DNA from: a virus
Lineage: Duplodnaviria; Heunggongvirae; Uroviricota; Caudoviricetes
Strand: one strand, 5' to 3'
Length of the DNA: 51,083 nt
IMG/VR virus record: IMGVR_UViG_2541047841_000011
Of the stretch, positions 1-8,978 are shown in pieces. The number at the start of each line of letters is the position of its first letter. The first letter of the stretch is position 1. Made by a program: the position numbers and the translations under genes. The notes beneath the pieces were generated by a model. That model was given only the letters and a program-made list of their open reading frames with translations, searched no databases and was not told the origin of the DNA.

Positions 1-1005
1 TTAATCCCCCGTGGACACTGCGTGGACACTTACGCCACCTTTCAGCGGATTAAGGGCCACCGCATCCTGCAGGTAATCCGGTGCAAAATGCGCATATGCC
101 ATTGTTTGCTGAATGGTTGCGTGACCAAGAATCTTCTGAAGCGCAATAATGTTTCCTCCGTTCATCACAAAATGGCTGGCGAACGTATGCCGCAGCACAT
201 GTGCAGCCTGGCCTTTTGGTAAATCGGGCTTAACTCTTTTCAGCGCCAGGCAGAATTCCCGGTACTTCACCTCAAACAAGCCGCCTGTTTCTCTGGTTTT
301 GATCGCCTCACAAACTGCCTGCGAAATTGGCACTGTTCTCTTCCGGCCATTTTTGGTTTCAAGAAACGTTACACGGTTATGAACTATCTGTTCACCACGA
401 AGCTTACAAGCTTCACTCCAGCGCGCCCCTGTGCTTAAACACAAAAGCGCAACACGCCAGTAGTCGCCCTCCAGTGTATCGAGCAATAGCGCCACTTCCT
501 TCTGTGACAGGAACGCCATTTCTCGTGGAGATACATAAAGAATAGAAATTCCCCTTACTGGATGTTCTGCATCCCAAAGACCTATTTTTTTCAGCACGGT
601 AAACATTCCGGATAACCGATTCATGTACCTGTTAGCAGATGACGGTTTCAATCCTTCAGCTATCTTTTGAGAACGCCACGCGATAATTTTCAGCTTATCA
701 AGATCCACAGCCTGCATATCAGCGCCAAGCTCATTGATTATGTTGCGCAGTTGTTTTCGGTCTTCTTCCGCCTTACGCCTGTGCTGGCCGTGATACATCC
801 ACCACAACTCAAGCAAATCATTTAGCGTTCGACGATCACGGTAGCCCTGTATATATTCCCGCTTTTCAGCGTTCGCCATGATGTAGCGTTCAGTGGCCAC
901 CGCTACCGATTTTTTGTCAAATACCTTACGCACGCGCTTTCCCTTGCGTCCGTTCGGCCTGATGTCCAGCAAATAACGACCATCTTCGAGCTTCTTAATC
1001 GACAT
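1..1005 (-). CDS. int: Tyrosine integrase, P2 Int-like
   Basis: ORF 1..1020 (TTG at 1018-1020); likely ATG start at 1003-1005 preceded by GGAGGG; C-terminal catalytic box HVLRHTFASHF...GHATIQQTMAYAHF; N-terminus MSIKKLEDGRY resembles P2-type integrases; window starts at its stop codon. Confidence 0.93.
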   Translation of the reverse strand: MSIKKLEDGRYLLDIRPNGRKGKRVRKVFDKKSVAVATERYIMANAEKREYIQGYRDRRTLNDLLELWWMYHGQHRRKAEEDRKQLRNIINELGADMQAVDLDKLKIIAWRSQKIAEGLKPSSANRYMNRLSGMFTVLKKIGLWDAEHPVRGISILYVSPREMAFLSQKEVALLLDTLEGDYWRVALLCLSTGARWSEACKLRGEQIVHNRVTFLETKNGRKRTVPISQAVCEAIKTRETGGLFEVKYREFCLALKRVKPDLPKGQAAHVLRHTFASHFVMNGGNIIALQKILGHATIQQTMAYAHFAPDYLQDAVALNPLKGGVSVHAVSTGD

Positions 1006-1101
1006 TACGAAGCCCTCCAATGAACCGCTCTACAATTTCTCCAGCCTCTTTCCAGCAATAATCAGACCAGACAAAAAGCAGGTCTAACCAGTTTTCTGGC
1101 C

Positions 1102-1422
1102 TCAGCGGGATAATTTTTGGATTGTTTCGGTTGAAACGCGATCTCCCTCCGAATTGCAGGAACCATCAAGAGAGAGAGCCGGAGAAATTTGCCCGACCTC
1201 CGGCATCGTTTCATCTGTTGATAACCAATAAGCATACTTCTTAAATTTAGGGTGTTTCGTAACCTTAAGTAAGGCACCCTCTGTTACTTGCTTCCCCCTC
1301 ACCTCATAGTTAGTTACCGTCCCATAAGGCAGCCCAACACAATCCGCAAACTCCTGGCGGGTCATACCTTCTGCTTCACGAATCAGGCGAAATTTTTCAC
1401 CCATGCTTGACAAAGATGCCAT
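1102..1422 (-). CDS. C: Immunity repressor, P2 C-like HTH protein
   Basis: ORF 1102..1476; probable start ATG 1420-1422 after GGAGGA; HTH segment RQEFADCVGLPYGTVTNYE; upstream of int on same strand and divergent from cox, as in P2. Confidence 0.75.
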   Translation of the reverse strand: MASLSSMGEKFRLIREAEGMTRQEFADCVGLPYGTVTNYEVRGKQVTEGALLKVTKHPKFKKYAYWLSTDETMPEVGQISPALSLDGSCNSEGDRVSTETIQKLSR

Positions 1423-1535
1423 ATCGGGCATATCCTCCATCGCAACATGCCACATCGGGCACAAACATAAAAACACTCAAATAAGCCGATATAAGCCATT
1501 TTGAGCCATTCGAACGAATTAGGGAGATTACCACA
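1423..1535. promoter_or_regulatory. Divergent early promoter/operator region between C and cox
   Basis: 113-bp intergenic gap between divergent repressor and cox; three phased direct repeats ATAAGCCGAT / ATAAGCCATT / TTGAGCCATT at about 1481..1510, candidate repressor operators. Mirror 49549..49661. Confidence 0.4.
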
Positions 1536-1823
1536 ATGAGCGAATCAGAGCTTGGGGGGTTCATTCAGGTAGCACCATATCCACTTGAAGCGGTGCCATA
1601 TCAACTATTCGCCAAGATGATCGGCCGCAAGGAATCCACAGTCAGAACCATGATTGACGCAGCAAAGCTACCGACAATTGACTTTGTGAAACCAGGTTCA
1701 GTAAAGACGCGTGCATCAGAAAACTGGGTATATCTGCCAGCATTTAACGAAGGCATGCGCAAAGCGTTTTTTGAGCAACCGAAAGAACGCCGCGACGCAT
1801 GGTTGTTGTGGCTGGGACTTTAG
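1536..1823 (+). CDS. cox: Cox-like excisionase/transcriptional regulator
   Basis: 95 aa; GGGAG RBS before ATG; IPYQLFAKMIG...WVYLPAFN...WLLWLGL resembles P2 Cox; first gene of rightward early operon. Confidence 0.8.
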   Translation: MSESELGGFIQVAPYPLEAVPYQLFAKMIGRKESTVRTMIDAAKLPTIDFVKPGSVKTRASENWVYLPAFNEGMRKAFFEQPKERRDAWLLWLGL

Positions 1824-2178
1824 TCATAAATGACCAGCCATATCATCAGCGCCATTCTGACCCTTGTTTTTATTGAGATAGGCGTAATAGAGATCTATTT
1901 GTTTCGCAAGTTAACGGACATGAAGAACGCTTTATTGAACTCAGCATTGAATATATCGCCACTTATACCAAAGGACTTTTCCCGGCAGCTATTGGGGCGA
2001 TGTTTATAGCGTTTGTTATCTGGTTTATCGGGTGAGAAACCTGACAACCCACAACTACTGCAATGAGGGTAATTATGTGTGGCATGGACAAATTGGACCT
2101 TATGTTAATTGTAATACTATCAATTAACTTCGGTTACCTCTTAAGCGGCGCAATTCTCATGTGCGGAGGCAAACGAAA

Positions 2179-2286
2179 ATGAACCAGCAGTCCGCAAAAC
2201 GTGAAAACAATGCGATGCGATTTAATCGCAAATATTTTGAGTTCGGCCTCTATGCCGGAATAATTAAATCTGTACAGAGTCTTTAA
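2179..2286 (+). CDS. Small ORF (35 aa), hypothetical
   Basis: ATG at 2179 with strong GGAGG RBS 11 nt upstream; stop TAA 2284-2286 directly abuts ATG of next ORF (TAAcATG); below ORF-track length cutoff. Confidence 0.3.
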   Translation: MNQQSAKRENNAMRFNRKYFEFGLYAGIIKSVQSL

Positions 2287-2287
2287 C

Positions 2288-2629
2288 ATGAAACAGCAAC
2301 GTAATTCACGCTTTCGCAATGGTGCAGAACGCCACGCTAACCGTTTTGCTACCAGTGCATCACGCAGCAACATCCGCTACAGCCTGAGTGATACACACGC
2401 AACGCCGGATGGCTACCCAGTAAAACAAATCGGCGAGCATGCCTGGCTGATTGAGAAAGCTGGAATCGTGATCCACAAATGCCCACGCAATCCGTTTACC
2501 GGAAACCGCATTTTTGCTCTAAGCAGTGGCAACAATCAGTTCGGGCAGGATTTCACATTATACGAAGCACTTCGCACGGTTGATCGTCTGCTTCGCGGGC
2601 AAAGTTTTATTAAACAGGCTGATTTATAA
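2288..2629 (+). CDS. Hypothetical early-operon protein (113 aa)
   Basis: Intact ORF in early operon orientation; no recognisable motif. Confidence 0.5.
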   Translation: MKQQRNSRFRNGAERHANRFATSASRSNIRYSLSDTHATPDGYPVKQIGEHAWLIEKAGIVIHKCPRNPFTGNRIFALSSGNNQFGQDFTLYEALRTVDRLLRGQSFIKQADL

Positions 2630-2639
2630 CAGGTGCTTT

Positions 2640-2927
2640 ATGACCAAAGACCATGCACAAGGTGTATTTATCCGTTTTATTGATTTTCGCGGTGAACTGT
2701 TATTACGTGCATCCGCTATTGACGGAGTAACTCCGGCGGGTAAAAACGGAGCCGACGAAGCCACTTACGTTTATCTGAACGGCACGCGACTGCTTGTGGA
2801 ACTTCCGTACCAGACCGTACGAGAAATCATTAGCGAAGCTGAAAAGGCACGCCAGGTTAATGGCGATGAACCCTATATCGAAATTATTTGTATGGATTCA
2901 GAAGCTGAAATACAGAAAGCAGATTAA
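2640..2927 (+). CDS. Hypothetical early-operon protein (95 aa)
   Basis: Internal ATG of ORF 2526..2927 with AGGTG RBS; tightly packed with neighbours. Confidence 0.5.
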   Translation: MTKDHAQGVFIRFIDFRGELLLRASAIDGVTPAGKNGADEATYVYLNGTRLLVELPYQTVREIISEAEKARQVNGDEPYIEIICMDSEAEIQKAD

Positions 2928-2935
2928 AGGGCGTT

Positions 2936-3181
2936 GTGATGGGCAAAGAATATAAAACTCTCATTAACAAAGCACTTGAGCGTTTTTATTTTCGCTTAAG
3001 TGCATCAGGCGCTCATGCTGAACGTGCGGCCCGTGACTCATTGACCAGAGCAATCCGAAGTCTGTATGACGTGGCTTTTTACGCTGATGATCTGGATGCA
3101 CTTAACGAACTTTCCGAGCTGATCTGTGCCGCAGAGTGCGGGGAACATATTGAACCGTATAAGCTGGGGAATATCGCATGA
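2936..3181 (+). CDS. Hypothetical early-operon protein (81 aa)
   Basis: ORF with GTG/ATG start at 2936/2939; stop overlaps next small ORF start (ATGA). Confidence 0.5.
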   Translation: MMGKEYKTLINKALERFYFRLSASGAHAERAARDSLTRAIRSLYDVAFYADDLDALNELSELICAAECGEHIEPYKLGNIA

Positions 3182-3291
3182 GTATATTTATCTCATGGCT
3201 TGTTCTGATTATTTCGGTGGCCTGCGCTATTGGGATTATGCGAATTATTCATTCAATAAAAAAGATTGAACGCTTTTTCACTGGCGAATAA
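3178..3291 (+). CDS. Small hydrophobic peptide (37 aa), putative single-TM
   Basis: ATG 3178 overlaps upstream stop (ATGA); translation MSIFISWLVLIISVACAIGIMRIIHSIKKIERFFTGE is one hydrophobic helix plus basic tail; below ORF-track cutoff. Confidence 0.3.
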   Translation: MSIFISWLVLIISVACAIGIMRIIHSIKKIERFFTGE

Positions 3292-3376
3292 CAGAGCAAA
3301 TAAAACCACAGATTAAATAAGAAAATGTAAAACAATCCGCATTCGCGGAGGTATTCGCACACGCCAAGGAGGCGTA

Positions 3377-3580
3377 ATGGCAATTAAGCATTTTCCTGTC
3401 GTTCGTTTTACCTCCAGAGGGCGTGAATACGAAGTCGACGAACGCCTGATTACCACAATCGACAAACACCGTTCAGAAAAGGATGCACATCACATCTATC
3501 TCACTGACGGCACTTACTTCTGCGCCACGAATGTGGTGCGGGTGAACCTTATCCGACAGGTACAGGAGTCACGCAGATGA
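3377..3580 (+). CDS. Hypothetical early-operon protein (67 aa)
   Basis: Excellent RBS AAGGAGG 7 nt upstream of ATG; stop overlaps next start. Confidence 0.6.
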   Translation: MAIKHFPVVRFTSRGREYEVDERLITTIDKHRSEKDAHHIYLTDGTYFCATNVVRVNLIRQVQESRR

Positions 3581-3822
3581 CCATTCTGGACTATATCGCC
3601 GCCAATCCGGGGTGTAGCGGTGGAGAAATCGCCGCAGCACTGAATACCCCAACCACAGCCATTAATGCGGAGTTACGCCGACTCTGGCGCAGCGGTTCAG
3701 TCATAAGAAAAGAGCGCAAAACAGGCGGTCGCTTTTCTTACCAGATAAACCCGATGCCGTTCGGGTGCGGCAATCCACTTACCAACATGTTTAACCAGCT
3801 ACTGAAGGAAGCCAGAGCATGA
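3577..3822 (+). CDS. Small winged-helix-like DNA-binding protein (81 aa)
   Basis: ATGA overlap with upstream gene; segment GCSGGEIAAALNTPTTAINAELRRLWRSG is a helix-turn-helix-like pattern. Confidence 0.5.
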   Translation: MTILDYIAANPGCSGGEIAAALNTPTTAINAELRRLWRSGSVIRKERKTGGRFSYQINPMPFGCGNPLTNMFNQLLKEARA

Positions 3823-4118
3823 GCGCCATCAACCACCAGGAATTACGCGAACTGGCGACTGACCTGCAACGAATGGCAACGCCTCAAAAATTACTGGCGT
3901 TTCGCGCAATGCTCTCGCCGTCTGCTGTGCTGGCGCTGCTGGATGAGCTGGAGCACGCCAGAACCACACCTCTCGCCATTCGCCTGACGCTCCGTCATGA
4001 AATCGAGGATTTCTGCGCGACGTTGGAGGCGCCAGGCGAACCGGAAACGCCGGAAGCAATACAGCAAGAGCTGCTGCAACGCATTGACAAGGTTTTTGAT
4101 TTTTTTCTGAACCACTAA
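3819..4118 (+). CDS. Hypothetical early-operon protein (99 aa)
   Basis: ATGA-coupled ORF, acidic helical protein; followed by 320-bp non-coding region. Confidence 0.5.
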   Translation: MSAINHQELRELATDLQRMATPQKLLAFRAMLSPSAVLALLDELEHARTTPLAIRLTLRHEIEDFCATLEAPGEPETPEAIQQELLQRIDKVFDFFLNH

Positions 4119-4440
4119 GAAACCAGAACATGCACACACAAAAAAACCGCTTGCCATGCCGCAATCAGTCAGGTTACATTTCCGCTGCACCTCACAAAAC
4201 GGGTGCCGGGTTTCGCAGCCTGCTGACTACACAAGCGCACAACCGCGCCAGCGTTTTTTTTGTGCGTACTGTATTGCCACGTTTTTTTCGCGTCAGAATT
4301 ATGGCGGGGCGTACGGGGCCGACTTCGGTCGGGCCGGGTTCTTGTGTAGCCGGTACTGCGAACCTCGTACGTCTCGCCACCCACAGTTTCGCAGCTCTGG
4401 ATGGTGAGTTTTCACAACTTACTACACAAGGGGCCACACC
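4119..4440 (+). other. Structured non-coding region (candidate sRNA/regulatory element)
   Basis: 320 bp without credible ORF inside an otherwise tightly packed operon; hairpin GGCCGAC-TTCG-GTCGGGCC at about 4317..4336; motif TACACAAG at about 4229 and 4424 and inverted as CTTGTGTAG at about 4343; direct repeat GTTTCGCAGC at about 4211 and 4387; T8 run at 4253..4260. Mirror 46644..46965. Confidence 0.4.
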
Positions 4441-4671
4441 ATGGCAAACCGCAAACCACACCGCGCTATCGCGGAGCGTCGTCACATCCAGACTGAAATC
4501 AACCGCAGACTTTCCCGCGCATCACGCGTCGCGCAAATCATGCACATCAATATGCTGCATGAGCGCAGCCACGCACTATCAAACATTTATTCCGCCTCTG
4601 TTTTCAGCTATCTGGCGGATGATCTGCACGAGCTTCAACAGCTCATCCAGCAGCAAAACAAACTCCATTAA
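4441..4671 (+). CDS. Hypothetical protein (76 aa), basic
   Basis: ORF directly after the structured non-coding region. Confidence 0.45.
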   Translation: MANRKPHRAIAERRHIQTEINRRLSRASRVAQIMHINMLHERSHALSNIYSASVFSYLADDLHELQQLIQQQNKLH

Positions 4672-4743
4672 CTCCTGTTCCGGGCCTTTCCTGCACCTTG
4701 CGGCGGGAGGCCTTCGCACATCTGTAACAAGAGGATTGCCGCA

Positions 4744-5109
4744 ATGATTCTCGCCAACGACTTTCTTGAATACCTGCTCAACACAGAACGTGATCTTGCC
4801 GCTCGCGTGCGTGATCGTTATGACATGTACCTGAAATCCCTGCCTGTACCGCAGCTCGCTGACGGAAAGATTGTTATTGATGGTCGCTACATGATTGACA
4901 GCCACGAGGGAAATTACAGGCTTTACCGCATTGAAGGTGGCACCCCGTCCGTTATTGGCATTTACCAGCGCCCATCCTCTGCAATCGTCGATGTGATTGC
5001 CGACAGCATCCGCATCACACATCGCCATGCCGACACAGAAGACACCGTGCTGGAAATTCAGCGGCTGGCTACAGTCTGCCGCGACACCCTGAATGGCATG
5101 ACGAAGTAA
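4744..5109 (+). CDS. Hypothetical protein (121 aa)
   Basis: ORF immediately upstream of gpA with AGAGGA RBS-like sequence. Confidence 0.5.
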   Translation: MILANDFLEYLLNTERDLAARVRDRYDMYLKSLPVPQLADGKIVIDGRYMIDSHEGNYRLYRIEGGTPSVIGIYQRPSSAIVDVIADSIRITHRHADTEDTVLEIQRLATVCRDTLNGMTK

Positions 5110-5115
5110 ATCACT

Positions 5116-7938
5116 ATGACGGCAGAGTACATCAGGGGCTGGCAACAACCGCGCCACGCAGTGGGGCGTGAAGGAACGGGGATCCCCGCTCCTGAATCCG
5201 CGCTTTCCTCCTGGCTGGATGCCTACCGGGTAGAGAACGAGCACCGCCAGGAAATGGCTGATGCGGCGTTCTCCGCAACGCCGCTGGGCAACCTGATTAA
5301 TAAAAGCCTGAACGCACAGGAAAAACAGGACAAAACCATCACACTGGCAGGAGATGCCAGAAAACAGGCACGCGGCGCGGTGGATGAAGCCATGGCCTCG
5401 CTGCGCCTGCTGCCGTCCTATCTGCGCGATCCGCTTATTCGCCACCTCTCCTTCCTGCGCAAAAAACAGGAAGCCGATCGTCAGAAAGGCAAAAAGAGCT
5501 GGCAGGCTGAACGCTACGCGCGCGGAAACCTGCGCAAAATATTCGAACGTCTGGATCGCACCGATCACCGCTGGCTGACACAGGGTTATCGCTCCCTTGC
5601 CGGACGCGAACGCCTGGACGATTTGCTTTACCTGCCGCAGCTCAACAAACACCAGATACAGACACTGGCCACCATGACGGCGGCGATGTTCAGCAGCACC
5701 TTCGAAAAACTCTGCGATGGCTTTGGCGCGACCGATGGCGAACTGACCATGGATGTAACGCTGAAGGCGTATCAGATGCTGGCCCGCATGGCGTTACACC
5801 TGCACGCCATGCCTCCACATTATGACGCACTGACAACAGACAAAGACCGGAGGAACGAACCGGACACGGAGCTGCTGCCGGGCGCAATCCTTCGCCTGAC
5901 CTGTGCAGAATGGTGGAAACGCAAACTGTGGCTGTTACGTTGCGAGTGGAGAGAAGAACAACTCCGCGCCGCCTGTCTGGTTTCCAGAAAAACATCGCCC
6001 TATCTGAGCCAGGACGCGTTAAGCGAGTTTCGCGCACAGCGCGAGAAAACACGCGATTTCCTGAAAAGTTTCATGCTGGAAAATGAAGACGGGTTCACGA
6101 TTGATCTCGAGACGGTGTATTACGCGGGAGTAAGTAACCCGGTTCACCGTAAGGCAGAAATGATGGCCACCATGAAGGGGCTGGAACTTCTGGCCGAAGC
6201 CCGTGGCGACAAAGCGGTGTTTCTGACTGTCACCTGCCCGTCAAAATACCACGCCACAACAGAGAACGGTCATCCGAATCCCAAATGGAACGGGGCCACC
6301 ATGCGCGACTCCAGCGATTACCTGGTTAACACGTTTTTTGCGGCGGTCCGCAAAAAACTGAACCGCGACGGTCTTCGCTGGTATGGCATCCGCACGGTGG
6401 AGCCTCACCATGACGGCACCGTGCACTGGCATATGATGGTCTTTGCGCATCCGGAAGAAATCGACAGCATCGTGGCCATCACCCGCGATATTGCCATTCA
6501 GGAAGACCGCCACGAGCTGGGCAATGATATTACTCCGCGCTTTAAGGCGGAGTATGTCGACGGCTCAAAAGGCACACCAACCAGCTATATCGCGACCTAC
6601 ATCGGAAAGAACCTGGACAGCCGCGCCGTGGATGGCATCGACCCGAAAACGGGCAAGCCACGCGTTGACCACGAAACCGGAAAATCAATGGCCGAGAGTG
6701 TGGAGCGCGCCATCGGCTGGGCGCGCCTTCATCGGGTCCGCCAGTTCCAGTTCTTTGGCATCCCCTCCCGTCAGGTGTGGCGTGAACTGCGCCGCCTTGC
6801 CAGCCAGATGGCACGCAACCCGGAAGGCCCGCAACGACTGAAAGATGACGCAATGGATGCGGTACTCGCTGCCGCCGATGCCGGGTGTTTTGCCACCTAC
6901 ATTGAAAAACAGGGCGGCGTACTTGTTCCACGCAAAGACTACCTGATTCGCACCGCCTACGACCTCGCAGATGAGCTGAATGATTACGGCGAACAGAGCG
7001 TACAGATTTACGGGATCTGGTCACCACTCATCGGGGAATCCTCCCGTGTGTGCACGCATCCGGATAACTGGAAACTGGTAAGACGTAAACCGGAAACGGA
7101 AGACAGCGCCCGCGAAAATGGTTTTGACCTTCAGGGCGGCCCTGCCGCCCCTTGGACTCGTGGCAATAACTGTCCCCGTGTACAGGAAACGGACAACAAC
7201 GGGACAGAACAGCCGGAAGAACGGCCAGCACCGTGGCCGCAGCTCCCTGACGGCGTTGAAGTGAACGAATGGATGCGCTCACTGAAACGACACGAACGCC
7301 GGGCGCTGATGCGTTCGCTTCGTGACAAACAGGCAAAAAACAGCAGCGATGAAATGCAGAGCTGGACACAGAGCCGCAAACAGCAGCGGCCTTTGCCTGA
7401 TAACCACGAATTACTCGCTAAAGAATGGCGGGAGTCTGCTGAATCTCTCGGCCTGCATATCGGTGAACAACAGATGCAGCACCTGTTACGGGGCGGCAGT
7501 CTGTACGTTGACGGCAGCATCATTGCACCGCAGGGATTTGAAATTGTACGCAAACCGGATACCCGCCCGGACAGCCGAATCACGCAGCTCTGGCAGCGCC
7601 TGAGCCGTAATCACGGCGTAAGCAGCACGGAGATCCGCCATAACCCGGTCTCCAGCTATCTGGCACAGCTCGGGGCATCAGACCCCGAAGCCGCCGCACG
7701 CCTGGCATCCACACTTCAGCAGGTCCAGAACACCATGAAAACACCCGTTACCGTGCTTTCTGACATGCTGCGCGCCATTCGTGACGCAGAGCACGCACAG
7801 AGAATCAGAGAAACCACTGAACGCGCCCGCCGCAAAGCAAACCTGCTGAGGACTGGCCTGACCAGTGGAAACAAAAAACAGACAGAAACGGGATTCACAA
7901 ATCCCGTAAATGAGCAAAAAACGCGCCGCGATATATGA
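5116..7938 (+). CDS. A: Rolling-circle replication initiator (P2 gpA-like HUH endonuclease), 940 aa
   Basis: HUH motif TVHWHMMVF and paired-tyrosine motif YIATYIGKN (YxxxY) typical of superfamily-I RCR initiators; position matches P2 A; about 300 extra C-terminal residues. Confidence 0.88.
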   Translation: MTAEYIRGWQQPRHAVGREGTGIPAPESALSSWLDAYRVENEHRQEMADAAFSATPLGNLINKSLNAQEKQDKTITLAGDARKQARGAVDEAMASLRLLPSYLRDPLIRHLSFLRKKQEADRQKGKKSWQAERYARGNLRKIFERLDRTDHRWLTQGYRSLAGRERLDDLLYLPQLNKHQIQTLATMTAAMFSSTFEKLCDGFGATDGELTMDVTLKAYQMLARMALHLHAMPPHYDALTTDKDRRNEPDTELLPGAILRLTCAEWWKRKLWLLRCEWREEQLRAACLVSRKTSPYLSQDALSEFRAQREKTRDFLKSFMLENEDGFTIDLETVYYAGVSNPVHRKAEMMATMKGLELLAEARGDKAVFLTVTCPSKYHATTENGHPNPKWNGATMRDSSDYLVNTFFAAVRKKLNRDGLRWYGIRTVEPHHDGTVHWHMMVFAHPEEIDSIVAITRDIAIQEDRHELGNDITPRFKAEYVDGSKGTPTSYIATYIGKNLDSRAVDGIDPKTGKPRVDHETGKSMAESVERAIGWARLHRVRQFQFFGIPSRQVWRELRRLASQMARNPEGPQRLKDDAMDAVLAAADAGCFATYIEKQGGVLVPRKDYLIRTAYDLADELNDYGEQSVQIYGIWSPLIGESSRVCTHPDNWKLVRRKPETEDSARENGFDLQGGPAAPWTRGNNCPRVQETDNNGTEQPEERPAPWPQLPDGVEVNEWMRSLKRHERRALMRSLRDKQAKNSSDEMQSWTQSRKQQRPLPDNHELLAKEWRESAESLGLHIGEQQMQHLLRGGSLYVDGSIIAPQGFEIVRKPDTRPDSRITQLWQRLSRNHGVSSTEIRHNPVSSYLAQLGASDPEAAARLASTLQQVQNTMKTPVTVLSDMLRAIRDAEHAQRIRETTERARRKANLLRTGLTSGNKKQTETGFTNPVNEQKTRRDI

Positions 7939-7983
7939 AGCGCGCACAAAACAGGCGAAAGCGGGATTTAAAAATCCCGTAAA
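7871..7983. repeat. Two 40-bp direct repeats, each with an 18-bp palindrome (parC-like centromere or ori element)
   Basis: Unit 1 at 7871..7910 (inside gpA 3-prime end) and unit 2 at 7944..7983 match at 32/40; each contains CGGGATT(T/C)A(A/C)AAATCCCG; lies directly upstream of the ParM-like gene. Mirror 43101..43213. Confidence 0.5.
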
Positions 7984-8014
7984 CGGTTAATTAACCAACA
8001 TAAGGAAAATCGAC

Positions 8015-8974
8015 ATGAAAATTTGTATCGACGACGGCTCCACCAACATCAAGCTGGCATGGACTGAGAATGGCGAACGCCGCAACGCCATCAGCCCGAA
8101 CAGCTTCAAGTCGGAATGGTCTGCGCCGTTCGGTGGCATGCAGCCCGCGAACTACATGCTTGATGGCGTGCGCTATGGTTTTGATCCGGTCAGCGATCGC
8201 TTTGTCCAGACGACCGACACGCAATACCAGTACAGCGATGTGAATGTAATCGCCATTCATCACGCGCTGGTCAAATCAGGCATCACGCCACAAGAGGTGG
8301 ATGTGGTTGTCACCCTGCCACTGAGCGAGTATTTCGAGACAAACGCACAGCCGGACATGGCCAACATCAACCGCAAAAAAGCGAACGTTATGCGCTCGGT
8401 GGAGTACCAGAACGGCGAAGCATTCACTATCCGTAACGTGCGGGTTATGCCTGAATCCATTCCGGCTGGCTTTAAAGCACTGGCTGACATGAGTCCGTTT
8501 GAATCCCTGCTGATTGTGGATTTAGGCGGAACCACGCTGGATGTGGCAAAGGTTCAAGGGCAACTGGCAGGTATCAGCCAGGTGTTTTGCGATCCACACG
8601 TAGGCGTTTCCCTGATGGCCGATGCCGTACTGTCGGTGATGGCCACTAACGGTATGCGCACCAGTCACCACATCGCCAATACCATTATCGAACATCGCCA
8701 TGATGAAGCCTGGCTGCGCCAGCACATCCACAATGACGCGCATTACGCCAGCCTGATGGCGGTTATTCGTGAAAAGGAAGAAACACTGAAACAACGCGTG
8801 ATCCGCGCGCTGGCGGTTTTTTCGGGTTACGGGCGGGTGATGGTTGTCGGTGGAGGGGCGGAGATTGTGGCACCCGCTATCCGCGAAGTCTGCGGAGTTA
8901 ATGCGACTTTCATCGCGGACGGGGTGCCACAGTTTGCTCTGGTTAATGGGCTGTACGCAATGGACAAGGAGTAA
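8015..8974 (+). CDS. parM: ParM/StbA-like actin-fold ATPase
   Basis: Actin-fold motifs IDDGSTNIK (phosphate 1), VDLGGTTLD (phosphate 2), VGGGAE (adenosine); length 319 aa as for ParM. Confidence 0.78.
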   Translation: MKICIDDGSTNIKLAWTENGERRNAISPNSFKSEWSAPFGGMQPANYMLDGVRYGFDPVSDRFVQTTDTQYQYSDVNVIAIHHALVKSGITPQEVDVVVTLPLSEYFETNAQPDMANINRKKANVMRSVEYQNGEAFTIRNVRVMPESIPAGFKALADMSPFESLLIVDLGGTTLDVAKVQGQLAGISQVFCDPHVGVSLMADAVLSVMATNGMRTSHHIANTIIEHRHDEAWLRQHIHNDAHYASLMAVIREKEETLKQRVIRALAVFSGYGRVMVVGGGAEIVAPAIREVCGVNATFIADGVPQFALVNGLYAMDKE

Positions 8975-8978
8975 ACCA

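Noticed and set aside
1830-2009. 59-aa plus-strand ORF starting just after cox
   Set aside because: No Shine-Dalgarno, AT-rich region, ends in a cluster of stops; kept only as a weak possibility.
4303-4385. Possible tRNA-like fold (7-bp acceptor-like pairing GGCGGGG/TCTCGCC followed by ACCCA)
   Set aside because: No canonical T-loop (TTCRANY) or D-arm could be placed; the UUCG hairpin does not fit an anticodon arm; more likely a generic structured element.
4130-4747. 205-aa ORF spanning the structured non-coding region
   Set aside because: Low-complexity translation, overlaps the 76-aa ORF in another frame, several competing overlapping frames; more consistent with non-coding GC-rich DNA.
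4579-5652. 357-aa ORF on the minus strand
   Set aside because: Antisense to the 121-aa early gene and the gpA 5-prime end; no RBS, no motif; gpA on the plus strand has clear catalytic motifs.
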